Shown: in pieces, positions 34,572-43,440 of the stretch | How the letters are laid out: the number at the start of each line of letters is the position of its first letter | Position numbering within the stretch: position 1 is the stretch's first letter | Assembly: GCA_964445025.1 (NCBI GenBank) | Contig: CAYUJM010000003.1 | Span: forward strand, 5,475 to 69,474 | Length of the DNA: 64,000 nt | Direction of reading: 5' to 3' | Origin: an uncultured Terracidiphilus sp. | GTDB taxonomy: Bacteria > Acidobacteriota > Terriglobia > Terriglobales > Acidobacteriaceae | Position numbers and translations under genes: made by a program | Notes under the pieces: model-generated | Database searches by the model: none | Told to the model about the DNA's origin: nothing | The model's input: the letters and a program-made list of their open reading frames with translations, nothing else

Positions 34572-37025
34572 GTGCAACTTCCCCGCAAATTCCGCCTGAT
34601 CTTGGTAAGTGTCTTTCTTTTGGGGGCCTTGCTCTGCTCCGCTCCCGAAATGCTCCGCATGCTGTCGTCGGGAAGTGACCGCACAAACACAGCAAGCGTT
34701 TTGGCCGCTGCCATGCCACCCTGGCACGTGCCGGGCATGCATCTGACCGTGCAGAACTCCGCTCGCCCTCAACTCCTTATCGACTATCCCGAGGATGGGT
34801 CCATCTTCCCGCAGGAGATCACGCCGCCCACCTTCATCTGGCGCGATGCAAACGCTTCCGCAACGCAATGGCGCATCGATATCGCCTTTACCGATGGCGC
34901 CGAACCGATACGCGCTCTCTCTCATGGTGAGCCCATCAAGATCGGTGAGATCGATCCGCGCTGTATCTCCAACACCAATCAACTTCCTGCACTGACTCCG
35001 GAACAGGCCGCTGCCCATACTTGGAAGCCGGATGAGGAGATGTGGGCGCTCATCAAGCGGCACTCTCTGGGCCATCGCACAGTGGTGACCATCACCGGTC
35101 TCGATGCTGCGAGTCGCGCGGTATCGAAGAGCCGCGTCTCTTTGTCGACCTCAACGGACCCTGTCAACGGAGAAATCTTCTATCGCGATGTTCCGTTGAT
35201 GCCCGCCGAGGGAAAGAAAGGAATTGTGCAGCCGCTCTCGCCATCCCTTCTCTATCTCATCAACTGGCGGATTCGCGATATTGCCAAGCCGGAGAGCCGG
35301 CTGCTGATGCATGACCTGCATACGTGCGGCAATTGCCACTCCTTCTCAACGGACGGCAAGACGATGGGCATGGATGTGGATGGCCCGGGCAACGACAAGG
35401 GTCTGTACGCCATTGTCCCCGTGCAGCAGCATATGTCCATTCGCAGCCAGGATACGGTTGCATGGAACACCGACATGCGCGTGGGTAAGTCGCGCGTAGG
35501 TTTCATGTCGCAGGTTTCACCGGATGGTAAGTTTGTTTTGTCCACCTTCGCCGGACCTGACCAGGATATCCCGAGCACTTACTTCGTAAATAACTTCAAG
35601 GACTATCACTTCCTGCAGGTCTTCTATCCCACCCGCGGAGTTCTTGCCTGGTACAGCCGCGCCACCGGCCGCAGACAGCCGTTGCCCGGCGCCGACGATC
35701 CGCGCTACGTGCAGACCGATGGTGTTTGGAGCCCGGATGGGAAATACGTGGTTTTTGCCCGCGCCGAGTCCAAAAATCCGTCTCCCGAAGGGCAAATCCT
35801 CCCGGTTAAAGCCAACGATCCGAATGAGATTCAGATCCAATATAACTTGTACCGCGTGCCCTTCAACGGTGGATTGGGCGGCAAACCGGAACCTATTCCA
35901 GGCGCGTCAAACAACGGGATGAGCAATAACTTCCCCAAGGTCTCTCCCGATGGCCGCTGGATTGTTTTTGTAAAAAACCGCAATGGGCAGTTAATGCGTC
36001 CCGACAGTGAGTTATATATTGTTCCGTTCAATGGCGGGGCCGCTCGCCGCATGCGCTGCAACACATCATTGATGAATTCATGGCATAGCTTCTCGCCCAA
36101 TGGGCGCTGGCTGGTATTTTCGTCCAAGAGCCGTTCGCCTTACACGCAGATGTATCTTACCCACATCGACGCTAACGGCAATGATAGCCCGCCTATCTAC
36201 ATTGATAACTCAACCGCCGCTAACCGGGCCGTCAATATTCCCGAGTTCGTAAATGTTCCGCCCGATGGCATCGAAAGCATCGATGTGCCGGCGTCTGACT
36301 TTTATCGCATCGTCGATGAGGCAATGGACCTGCAGGGCAAGGGAGATATCTCAGGCGCGTTGGCCAAGTGGCAGAAGAGTCTTGGACTGGATCCCGCGGA
36401 TGCGCGCGCCAATAACGGAATGGGCATTGCCCTGGGTATGTCTGGAAAGCCCGACGATGGCATTCCATACTTCCAGAAGGCCATTCAATCGCAGGCGGAC
36501 TTCTTTGAGGCTTACTACAATTTGGGAATCATCTTCACAAAAGAGGGCCGCGTGAATGAAGCTGCCGAAGCGTGGCAGAATGTTGTTCGCATCCGGCCCG
36601 CTTTTGCGCAGGGGCACGAGGAGCTTGGTTACACGCTTTACTTGCAGGCGAAATACTCCGATGCGCTATCGCAACTCCGCAAAGCTGTGGAAGAGGAGCC
36701 CAATCGGGTTCTCGCGCTCAGGCTGGCAGCGAACCTACTGGCAACAAGTCCAGACTCCTCCATTCGCAATGGCGCCGAGGCCGTTACGTTGGCTGCCAAG
36801 GCGAGGCAGTTGAGCGAGGGGCATGACCCGGCGGTTCTCGACACCCTGTCCGCGGCTTACGCAGAAACCGGGAACTTCAGCCAGGCAACCGAGATCGAGC
36901 AGCAAGCCGTTGCGCTCGCTGTGCAGGAAGGAAACGCCGCACTCGAAGCTAGGCTCAAAGGCCACATGGCGCGCTATGCGTCGAATGAAGCTCTCCGCAT
37001 AGCGCCGAGCCGCACCGCCTTCTAA
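34572..37025 (+). CDS. periplasmic TolB-like beta-propeller (PD40 repeats) + TPR protein with a single CXXCH motif
   Basis: GTG start with GAGGTG upstream and an N-terminal TM/signal segment. CGNCH at codons 252-256 (35325-35339). Repeated SPDGK/SPDGR/SPNGR PD40-like motifs. The C-terminal ~230 aa are TPR repeats. Confidence 0.7.
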   Translation: MQLPRKFRLILVSVFLLGALLCSAPEMLRMLSSGSDRTNTASVLAAAMPPWHVPGMHLTVQNSARPQLLIDYPEDGSIFPQEITPPTFIWRDANASATQWRIDIAFTDGAEPIRALSHGEPIKIGEIDPRCISNTNQLPALTPEQAAAHTWKPDEEMWALIKRHSLGHRTVVTITGLDAASRAVSKSRVSLSTSTDPVNGEIFYRDVPLMPAEGKKGIVQPLSPSLLYLINWRIRDIAKPESRLLMHDLHTCGNCHSFSTDGKTMGMDVDGPGNDKGLYAIVPVQQHMSIRSQDTVAWNTDMRVGKSRVGFMSQVSPDGKFVLSTFAGPDQDIPSTYFVNNFKDYHFLQVFYPTRGVLAWYSRATGRRQPLPGADDPRYVQTDGVWSPDGKYVVFARAESKNPSPEGQILPVKANDPNEIQIQYNLYRVPFNGGLGGKPEPIPGASNNGMSNNFPKVSPDGRWIVFVKNRNGQLMRPDSELYIVPFNGGAARRMRCNTSLMNSWHSFSPNGRWLVFSSKSRSPYTQMYLTHIDANGNDSPPIYIDNSTAANRAVNIPEFVNVPPDGIESIDVPASDFYRIVDEAMDLQGKGDISGALAKWQKSLGLDPADARANNGMGIALGMSGKPDDGIPYFQKAIQSQADFFEAYYNLGIIFTKEGRVNEAAEAWQNVVRIRPAFAQGHEELGYTLYLQAKYSDALSQLRKAVEEEPNRVLALRLAANLLATSPDSSIRNGAEAVTLAAKARQLSEGHDPAVLDTLSAAYAETGNFSQATEIEQQAVALAVQEGNAALEARLKGHMARYASNEALRIAPSRTAF

Positions 37026-37080
37026 AAGCGTTGAGGCTCCAAACGAGTTAACGACATCAGAAGTCTCACTAACTCCGGAG

Positions 37081-39267
37081 TTACTGCGGTCCCGACATGG
37101 TCAGGATAAGTAGGGATCCGGTTCCCAGCGTGACGCTGCGATTTGTACTCGTGATCTTTGCGCTGCATCCCGGCCCTCCTTCAGGCTCCAGCTTCACGGC
37201 TGGAATGTTGAGCACAATCCCAGGATGTACAGTGTGTGGTGCGCCACCAGGGTTGAGGTCCAAGTCGTAAGCGTTTATCAGGCCGTTTATGGCGGTATCT
37301 ATCCTCCGCCCTCCTCCCGCTACTTCAGTGGGCAGTTCGTCATGCATTCTCCTGGATTGGTCTGGAGGCCCAAGCAGGCCAATCAGCCGCATCGAGAGTT
37401 CCTTCTTCCCATGTCCTGTGCAGTCGCCATGATCGAACACCAGCGAGAGCTCCGATGAACTGGGATCCTTGGATGATGTGGAAGATACGACGTGGCCGTA
37501 GACAATGGCATCCTGATCCAAGGTGCAGCCGGGATAGACGAGTCCGTCGAGAACCCGCACCCAGATCTCCTTGCCAACTTTCAGATGCGCGGAGTCCAAC
37601 CCACCGGTCAAGCGAGCCTGAATGGTCTGATCGAGTGGATGATCGTTCGTATCGCCTGGCGTGCATGCGGTTTGGTCGGCCAGATTCGGCGGCGCCGAAG
37701 ATGCAGCAGCAATCGCCCTGCCCTTTCCAAACACCGGCGTCACCTGCTCCTGAGTGGTTTCGAACTTCACCAGGCCATCGCGGTAGTCGAGGTGCAGCGT
37801 CAGCGGTTGCAGGACGTCGAGCCCCAGCATGCCCGCAATTTCGAACCCGGCATTTCGATCGATGACCGAAGGATCGAGTTCAAGAATGTGCCCCTGATGG
37901 ATCTGTTGCAGGTTGGCGAGCTGGATGTCGAACACCTCGCGATAAAACTGGACTTTTGTGCCCTGCGCGGTCATTTCGGGGTTGGTGAAGTTCACTGTCA
38001 TTTTTGACAGGGAGTGCGCGGCCTCCGATGTCATGGCGCTGAACCGCATGCCCGTGGCCAGGACGAATAATTTGCGTGACTTGTTGCCGAATGTCAGAGG
38101 CACCAGCAAGTATTGCCGGCGGTGATAGACCTGCGTCCAATCGCCTGCATCCGGGGGGGCTGGGCGATCTCCCGGCAATAGCCCGGCCTGTTCTGGGAGC
38201 GGTGCCAACGTCATCTTGGCCAGTCTGTAGTCCAGCGTAATCATCCATTGGGCGAATACATCGGTGCCAATGAAGCCATCCGCCTTGCCTGCGAACTGCG
38301 TGTCGCTCACTCCCACTATGCAGTTGCGAAACTCGAGCGGGCCAATGCGCACGCTGTCGAGGCGGACCGTTCCCTGCGGGTCGCCCACGCCCAGCTTCAG
38401 CCCGTTTTGGTCGGCGAGTGCTTTGGTAATAAAGAGGCCGGACGCCGCCGAATCCACAATCAGTTTGGCCTTGCCCTGCGGCAATTCGGCCTCCAGCCGG
38501 TAGCCGTCGATGTGCTTCGCGTCGGCAAACGTTGGCTGCAGCGGTATTACGGCCGACGCGACGGAAGGCAGAACCTGGCAAGTCTGCGAATTCTCAGACA
38601 GCAGCGGCATCATGGCGTGCATCGACGCCTCGGCCTTCCTTCGCGTGTCCGCATCGATATTCTTCTCTGTGGCGAGCCCCTGATCGATGCCCTCTATGTC
38701 ATGCGCGGGCGACACGACGTGCTGCCAGGCATTCTGGATATCGGGGTCGGACGGATCGATGTCGTAGGCCTTTTGAATCTCCGCGCGCTCCGAGGCGTAC
38801 ATGGAGTCGATGCGCAGCACGCGGCTGCGAGTCAGATGGGCGCGCGCATAGCATGGGTCGGCAGTCACGGCCGCATCGAGCGTCTGATGAGCAAGCCAGG
38901 GCTCTCCCTCGCGCAGTTCGACTTCAGCCTGCGCTGTAAGCGTCGCCGAGGCGTGCGGATTCGCGGCAAGGGCCGTATTCACCTGGGCGGATGCCTGTGC
39001 GATTTTGCCTTCATGCAGCAGCGTGCGCACCAGCGCCGCGGATGCCTCTGCATCCTGCGGATTTTGCGCCAACGCCTGCTGATATAGTCCTTCCGCGTCC
39101 GCGTAGCGGCCATCGTTGTAAGCAGTGTCCGCAGGTGTGTCGGGATGCCCGGCATTGGCCGGACACGCTGGAGCCTGAGCACAAACAGAAATCGCGGTAC
39201 ACAGAGGAACGACCGCTAACCAACTGATCCACCTGGAGCGCAACGTGGAGCGTAAGGAGAAAGGCAT
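37081..39267 (-). CDS. secreted TPR + retropepsin-like aspartyl protease-domain protein
   Basis: Start at the ATG 39265-39267 with a signal peptide. N-terminal TPR repeats. The central KLIVDSAASGLFITK and GFIGTDVFAQWMITLDY resemble bacterial aspartyl protease (retropepsin-like) domains. The C-terminal ~250 aa are unassigned. Confidence 0.6.
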   Translation of the reverse strand: MPFSLRSTLRSRWISWLAVVPLCTAISVCAQAPACPANAGHPDTPADTAYNDGRYADAEGLYQQALAQNPQDAEASAALVRTLLHEGKIAQASAQVNTALAANPHASATLTAQAEVELREGEPWLAHQTLDAAVTADPCYARAHLTRSRVLRIDSMYASERAEIQKAYDIDPSDPDIQNAWQHVVSPAHDIEGIDQGLATEKNIDADTRRKAEASMHAMMPLLSENSQTCQVLPSVASAVIPLQPTFADAKHIDGYRLEAELPQGKAKLIVDSAASGLFITKALADQNGLKLGVGDPQGTVRLDSVRIGPLEFRNCIVGVSDTQFAGKADGFIGTDVFAQWMITLDYRLAKMTLAPLPEQAGLLPGDRPAPPDAGDWTQVYHRRQYLLVPLTFGNKSRKLFVLATGMRFSAMTSEAAHSLSKMTVNFTNPEMTAQGTKVQFYREVFDIQLANLQQIHQGHILELDPSVIDRNAGFEIAGMLGLDVLQPLTLHLDYRDGLVKFETTQEQVTPVFGKGRAIAAASSAPPNLADQTACTPGDTNDHPLDQTIQARLTGGLDSAHLKVGKEIWVRVLDGLVYPGCTLDQDAIVYGHVVSSTSSKDPSSSELSLVFDHGDCTGHGKKELSMRLIGLLGPPDQSRRMHDELPTEVAGGGRRIDTAINGLINAYDLDLNPGGAPHTVHPGIVLNIPAVKLEPEGGPGCSAKITSTNRSVTLGTGSLLILTMSGPQ

Positions 39268-39562
39268 AGAGTTCCCTCGAGGGTTCAATTCCAAAACACC
39301 GAGAGTATACGCCCAGCGGCCGAGCCATCGTGATCTCCATGGCGCGTTGACGGCTGCGCGCCAGGATGCACGCCCTTGTTCCGGCCGGGCAAGTTGCAAC
39401 TGGTATTCTCTGACGCGTTAGACCCGATGACTTCAATCGCGGTTAGGAGGGAATTTATCTCCTGGCAGGTCAGCCCAAACCATAAGAGCCTTGCTTTTTC
39501 CCCATGAGCCGGCCACCGCCGGTCGCTTCTCCGTTAGAGCGCTGGTTGGCGGGCGTCCATCT

Positions 39563-41518
39563 ATGGTGCGATACACTTCAAACCGTGGAGGGCTCTCGTT
39601 GTCGCATGTGCGTGGTCTGCTGTACAGCGCCCTGATCGGTGCCCTTGTCCTCTCTGCGGTGTGCGGGGCGCAATCAGCACCCGAGGCGCAGGCGCTGCCG
39701 CAACAGCAGGGTATGGCAACCGGCGTTGCGCAAGGCGCGCAGTTCGACGATCAGCATCGTCCCATTACAGCGGGCGGTTATGTGAAGGCTGGCCCGGTGA
39801 TCTTTCAGAATGTCGCCGTCCAGGCGGGACTCGCGAGCTGGCACAACACCACCGGCACTCGAGAGAAGCGCCTGATCATTGAAGCCAAGGGCTCAGGCGT
39901 ATGTCTCCTTGACTACGATCATGACGGCTGGCTCGACATTTACTTGGTCAACGGCTCGACCTTCGACGCGGAGTCCGGAAAAGCCGCTCCGCCCCACGCG
40001 GCGCTCTTCCGCAACAACCACGATGGCACGTTTACCGACGTGACGGCGAAGGCTGGAGTCGCCAATGACCGCTGGGGGCTCGGCTGCGCGGTGGCCGACT
40101 ACGACAACGATGGCTGGCCCGACCTCTACGTCACCAATCTCGGCAAGAACCGTCTTTACCACAACAATCGCGACGGCACCTTCACCGATGTCGCCGAGAA
40201 GGCGGGCGTCGCGCTCGATGAAGGCTCAGGCAGCATCGCCATCGATCATACCGGAGCAACCTTCGGCGACTACGATGGCGATGGACGGCTGGACCTCTTC
40301 GTCGGAGGATACATTCAGTACGATTTCCGGGACCCGCCGCTTGCCGGCACCAAGGCGGTCAGTTTCTCTTCGTGCCAGTACCGCGGGGTCAACATCATGT
40401 GCGGTCCCCGCGGCCTTCAGGGCGCGGGCGACCACCTCTTCCACAACAATGGCGACGGCACCTTCACCGATGTAAGTGTCAAGGCCGGCGTCAGCGATCC
40501 CAACGGCTACTACGCCCTGGGTGCGCTCTTTGTCGACGTGAACGGAGATGGCAGACCCGACCTGCTGGTGGCCAATGACTCCACGCCGAACTATCTTTAC
40601 ATCAATAAAGGGGACGGCGCCTTCGATAATCAGAGCTACATGAGCGGCTATGCGCTCAACGGCGAAGGCCGCGAAGTCTCAAACATGGGCATCGCCGCCG
40701 GAGACTACGAGAACAACGGCCACATGGATCTGGTGAACACAGACTTCTCCGACGACTCGCCCGTTGTCTTCCGCAACGATGGCACGGGTGGGTTCGATGA
40801 TGTAAGCGCCAAGTCAGGTATCGGCGCGCGCTCCGGACCATTTGTCGGCTTCGGCGATGGGTTTCTCGACTACGATAACGACGGATGGAAGGATCTGCTG
40901 ATCGTGAACGGTCACGTGTACCCGCAGGTGGATGAGCACCCTGACTGGGGCATGAGCTATGCGCAGCGCCCACTGCTGTTCCATAACAAGCGCGACGGAA
41001 CCTTTGAACTGGTTCCCGCCGTGGAGGGAACCGGTTTGGCCGAAGTCTGCGTGGGGCGCGGAGCCGCATTCGGCGACCTGTTCAATGACGGCAAGATCGA
41101 TGTGGTCATCAACAATCTCGACGGCGTTCCGCTGCTCTTGCGCAACGTGAACCCCGACCACAACCATTGGGTGAGCCTGAACCTTGTTGGTGGCCCGAAG
41201 AGCCCGCGCGATGCCGTGGGTACCACGGTCTATCTGACCGCGGGAGGCATCCGCCAGCGCGGAGATGTCTTGAGCGGCGGTAGCTATCTCTCCTCGAACG
41301 ACATGCGCGTTCACTTCGGCCTCGGCGGCTCACCCGGTGCCGGGAGCGCGGAGATTCACTGGCCTTCCGGCGCCAAAGAGACGATCAAACTGCCGGCGGC
41401 AGACCGCATTTACACCATCACCGAGGGCAAGGGCATCACGGGCGCATTGTGCGGCGGCAAGCCGTGCGCGGCCAGGGCTGCGACCTCTGCCCGGTCCGCG
41501 CCGGGTGCCTTGCGATAG
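39563..41518 (+). CDS. CRTAC1-family protein (FG-GAP/VCBS repeats + ASPIC/UnbV C-terminal domain), copy 1
   Basis: Repeated DYDxDGWxD / DGDGxxD Ca-binding-like FG-GAP motifs. C-terminal UnbV-like block GGSYLSSNDMRVHFGLG...AEIHWPSGAKE. The ATG at 39563 gives a good signal peptide; TTG 39491 is possible. Confidence 0.85.
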   Translation: MVRYTSNRGGLSLSHVRGLLYSALIGALVLSAVCGAQSAPEAQALPQQQGMATGVAQGAQFDDQHRPITAGGYVKAGPVIFQNVAVQAGLASWHNTTGTREKRLIIEAKGSGVCLLDYDHDGWLDIYLVNGSTFDAESGKAAPPHAALFRNNHDGTFTDVTAKAGVANDRWGLGCAVADYDNDGWPDLYVTNLGKNRLYHNNRDGTFTDVAEKAGVALDEGSGSIAIDHTGATFGDYDGDGRLDLFVGGYIQYDFRDPPLAGTKAVSFSSCQYRGVNIMCGPRGLQGAGDHLFHNNGDGTFTDVSVKAGVSDPNGYYALGALFVDVNGDGRPDLLVANDSTPNYLYINKGDGAFDNQSYMSGYALNGEGREVSNMGIAAGDYENNGHMDLVNTDFSDDSPVVFRNDGTGGFDDVSAKSGIGARSGPFVGFGDGFLDYDNDGWKDLLIVNGHVYPQVDEHPDWGMSYAQRPLLFHNKRDGTFELVPAVEGTGLAEVCVGRGAAFGDLFNDGKIDVVINNLDGVPLLLRNVNPDHNHWVSLNLVGGPKSPRDAVGTTVYLTAGGIRQRGDVLSGGSYLSSNDMRVHFGLGGSPGAGSAEIHWPSGAKETIKLPAADRIYTITEGKGITGALCGGKPCAARAATSARSAPGALR

Positions 41519-41541
41519 ACTCAATCGGTGGAGGAACCCGG

Positions 41542-43440
41542 TTGCTGCAACTTCCCAGTTTCTATGCGGGCATGTTGATCGCAGGGATGTTTTTTCCCGA
41601 TGCGGTTGTCGAATTCCTTCCGGCGCAAAGTGCGCCCGTGCAGCAATTGGGAATGGGCAGCAACCCTGGCGGATCGAAGCCGGTCTACGACTCATTGAAG
41701 CGCCCCATCACGGCCGGCGGCTTCGTGAGTTCGGGCCCGGTGGTCTTCGAGGATGCGACCAGAGCAGCCGGACTTTCCGGCTGGAAGCACGTGATGGGCG
41801 CGGCCGACAAAGGCCTGATTATCGATACGAATGGTTCCGGCGTGGGGCTCATCGACTACGATAACGACGGCTGGCTCGATATCTACCTGGTCAACGGTTC
41901 CACGTTCGATGCACTGGATGGCAGGGAAACTCCGCCGCACGCGGCTCTGTTCCACAACAACCACGACGGTACCTTTACGGACGTGGCGGCAAAGGCCGGC
42001 GTAACCAACGACCGCTGGGGATTTGGCGTCGCCATCGCCGACTACGACAACGATGGCTGGCCCGATATCTTCGTAACCAATTACGGCAAGAACCGGCTTT
42101 ACCACAACAATCACGACGGCACCTTTACCGACGTGGCGGAGAAGGCAGGCGTGACGCTTGGCAATTGGAGCGCCGGCGCCACCTGGGGCGACTACGACGG
42201 CGATGGGCGCCTCGATCTGTTTGTCACGGGCTATGTCCACTTCGATCGTGACAATCTGCCTTATGCCCGGACCAAGGCGTCAAGCTACAACCTCTGCGAG
42301 TTTCGCGGCGTTCCGGTGATGTGCGGACCGCGGGGCCTGCAGAGCGAACCGGACCACCTCTTCCACAATAATGGCGATGGGACGTTTACTGACGTCAGCG
42401 TGAAGGCGGGCGTAGCGGATCCGGTAAACCACTTCTACGGTCTAACGCCGGTGTTTGTGGACGTGAATGACGATGGCAAGCAGGACCTGGCCATTGCCAA
42501 CGACTCCACACTCAGCTATCTCTACCTCAATCGTGGTGACGGCACGTTTGAGGATGCAAGCCTGACCTCGGGCTTCGCGCTGAATGAAGACGGGCGCGAG
42601 GTAGCCGCAATGGGCATCGCCATAGGCGATTACCTCAATAATGGCCTGCTGGACTTTGCCATCAGCGACTTCTCCGATGAAGCCAAGCTGCTGTTTCACA
42701 ATGAAGGAGCGGCGGGCTTCAGCGAGGTCTCCATTCGCTCCGGCATTGGCAAAAAGTCCATCCCCTTTCTTAGCTGGGGTACCGGCTTTCTGGACTACGA
42801 CAACGACGGCTGGCTCGATCTGATGTTCATAAACGGTCATATCTATCCCGCTGCCGACACCAAGGATTGGGGAACCTCGTATGCGCAACGCCCGCTGCTG
42901 TTTCACAACATACGCGACGGCAAGTTTGAAGAGGTGCCCGCGGTGGAAGGGTCGGGACTGGCGGTGCTTACTTCGGGGCGCGGAGCAGCCTTCGGCGACC
43001 TGTTTAATGACGGCAAGATCGACGTGATTATCAGCCCCGTGGACGGACCGCCAGTGCTGCTGCGAAACGTATATCCCGACCATCACCACTGGGTGGAACT
43101 GAAGCTGGAGGGCGGCCCGAAGAGTCCGCGCGACGCGGTGGGCGCAACGGTGTACCTGACCGCAAACGGCATGCGCCAGCGCCGGGATGTGGTGAGCGGC
43201 GGAAGCTACGTGTCGACCAACGATCCGCGTCCCCATTTTGGGCTCGGCGATGCAACGGACGCTGGAACGGCCGAGATTCATTGGCCCTCCGGCGCAAAGG
43301 AGACCGTCAAGCTGCAGGCCGTGGACCGCATCTACACCATCACGGAGGGGCAGGGAATTACGGGAGCCTTGTGTGGCGGGCAGCCTTGCGCGGTTTCAAG
43401 TCCAGCCTCAGGAGCCGCGAAGCCCGGGGGCAAGCCATGA
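41542..43440 (+). CDS. CRTAC1-family protein, copy 2
   Basis: Long stretches are near-identical in protein to copy 1 (e.g. GWLDIYLVNGSTFDA...PPHAALF.NNHDGTFTDV). Start uncertain: TTG 41542 has GGAGGA 6 nt upstream, and ATG 41572 is the alternative. Confidence 0.85.
   Translation: MLQLPSFYAGMLIAGMFFPDAVVEFLPAQSAPVQQLGMGSNPGGSKPVYDSLKRPITAGGFVSSGPVVFEDATRAAGLSGWKHVMGAADKGLIIDTNGSGVGLIDYDNDGWLDIYLVNGSTFDALDGRETPPHAALFHNNHDGTFTDVAAKAGVTNDRWGFGVAIADYDNDGWPDIFVTNYGKNRLYHNNHDGTFTDVAEKAGVTLGNWSAGATWGDYDGDGRLDLFVTGYVHFDRDNLPYARTKASSYNLCEFRGVPVMCGPRGLQSEPDHLFHNNGDGTFTDVSVKAGVADPVNHFYGLTPVFVDVNDDGKQDLAIANDSTLSYLYLNRGDGTFEDASLTSGFALNEDGREVAAMGIAIGDYLNNGLLDFAISDFSDEAKLLFHNEGAAGFSEVSIRSGIGKKSIPFLSWGTGFLDYDNDGWLDLMFINGHIYPAADTKDWGTSYAQRPLLFHNIRDGKFEEVPAVEGSGLAVLTSGRGAAFGDLFNDGKIDVIISPVDGPPVLLRNVYPDHHHWVELKLEGGPKSPRDAVGATVYLTANGMRQRRDVVSGGSYVSTNDPRPHFGLGDATDAGTAEIHWPSGAKETVKLQAVDRIYTITEGQGITGALCGGQPCAVSSPASGAAKPGGKP

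Noticed and set aside
34555-34575. GTGAATCG upstream of the beta-propeller/TPR gene, as a possible additional operator
   Set aside because: Only the left half-site partially matches TGGWATCGWTWCCA, and the right half is unrelated.
37070-37083. Perfect 14-bp palindrome TAACTCCGGAGTTA between convergent genes
   Set aside because: It overlaps the stop codon of the protease gene, has no loop for a hairpin, and has no second copy. It is most likely coincidental.
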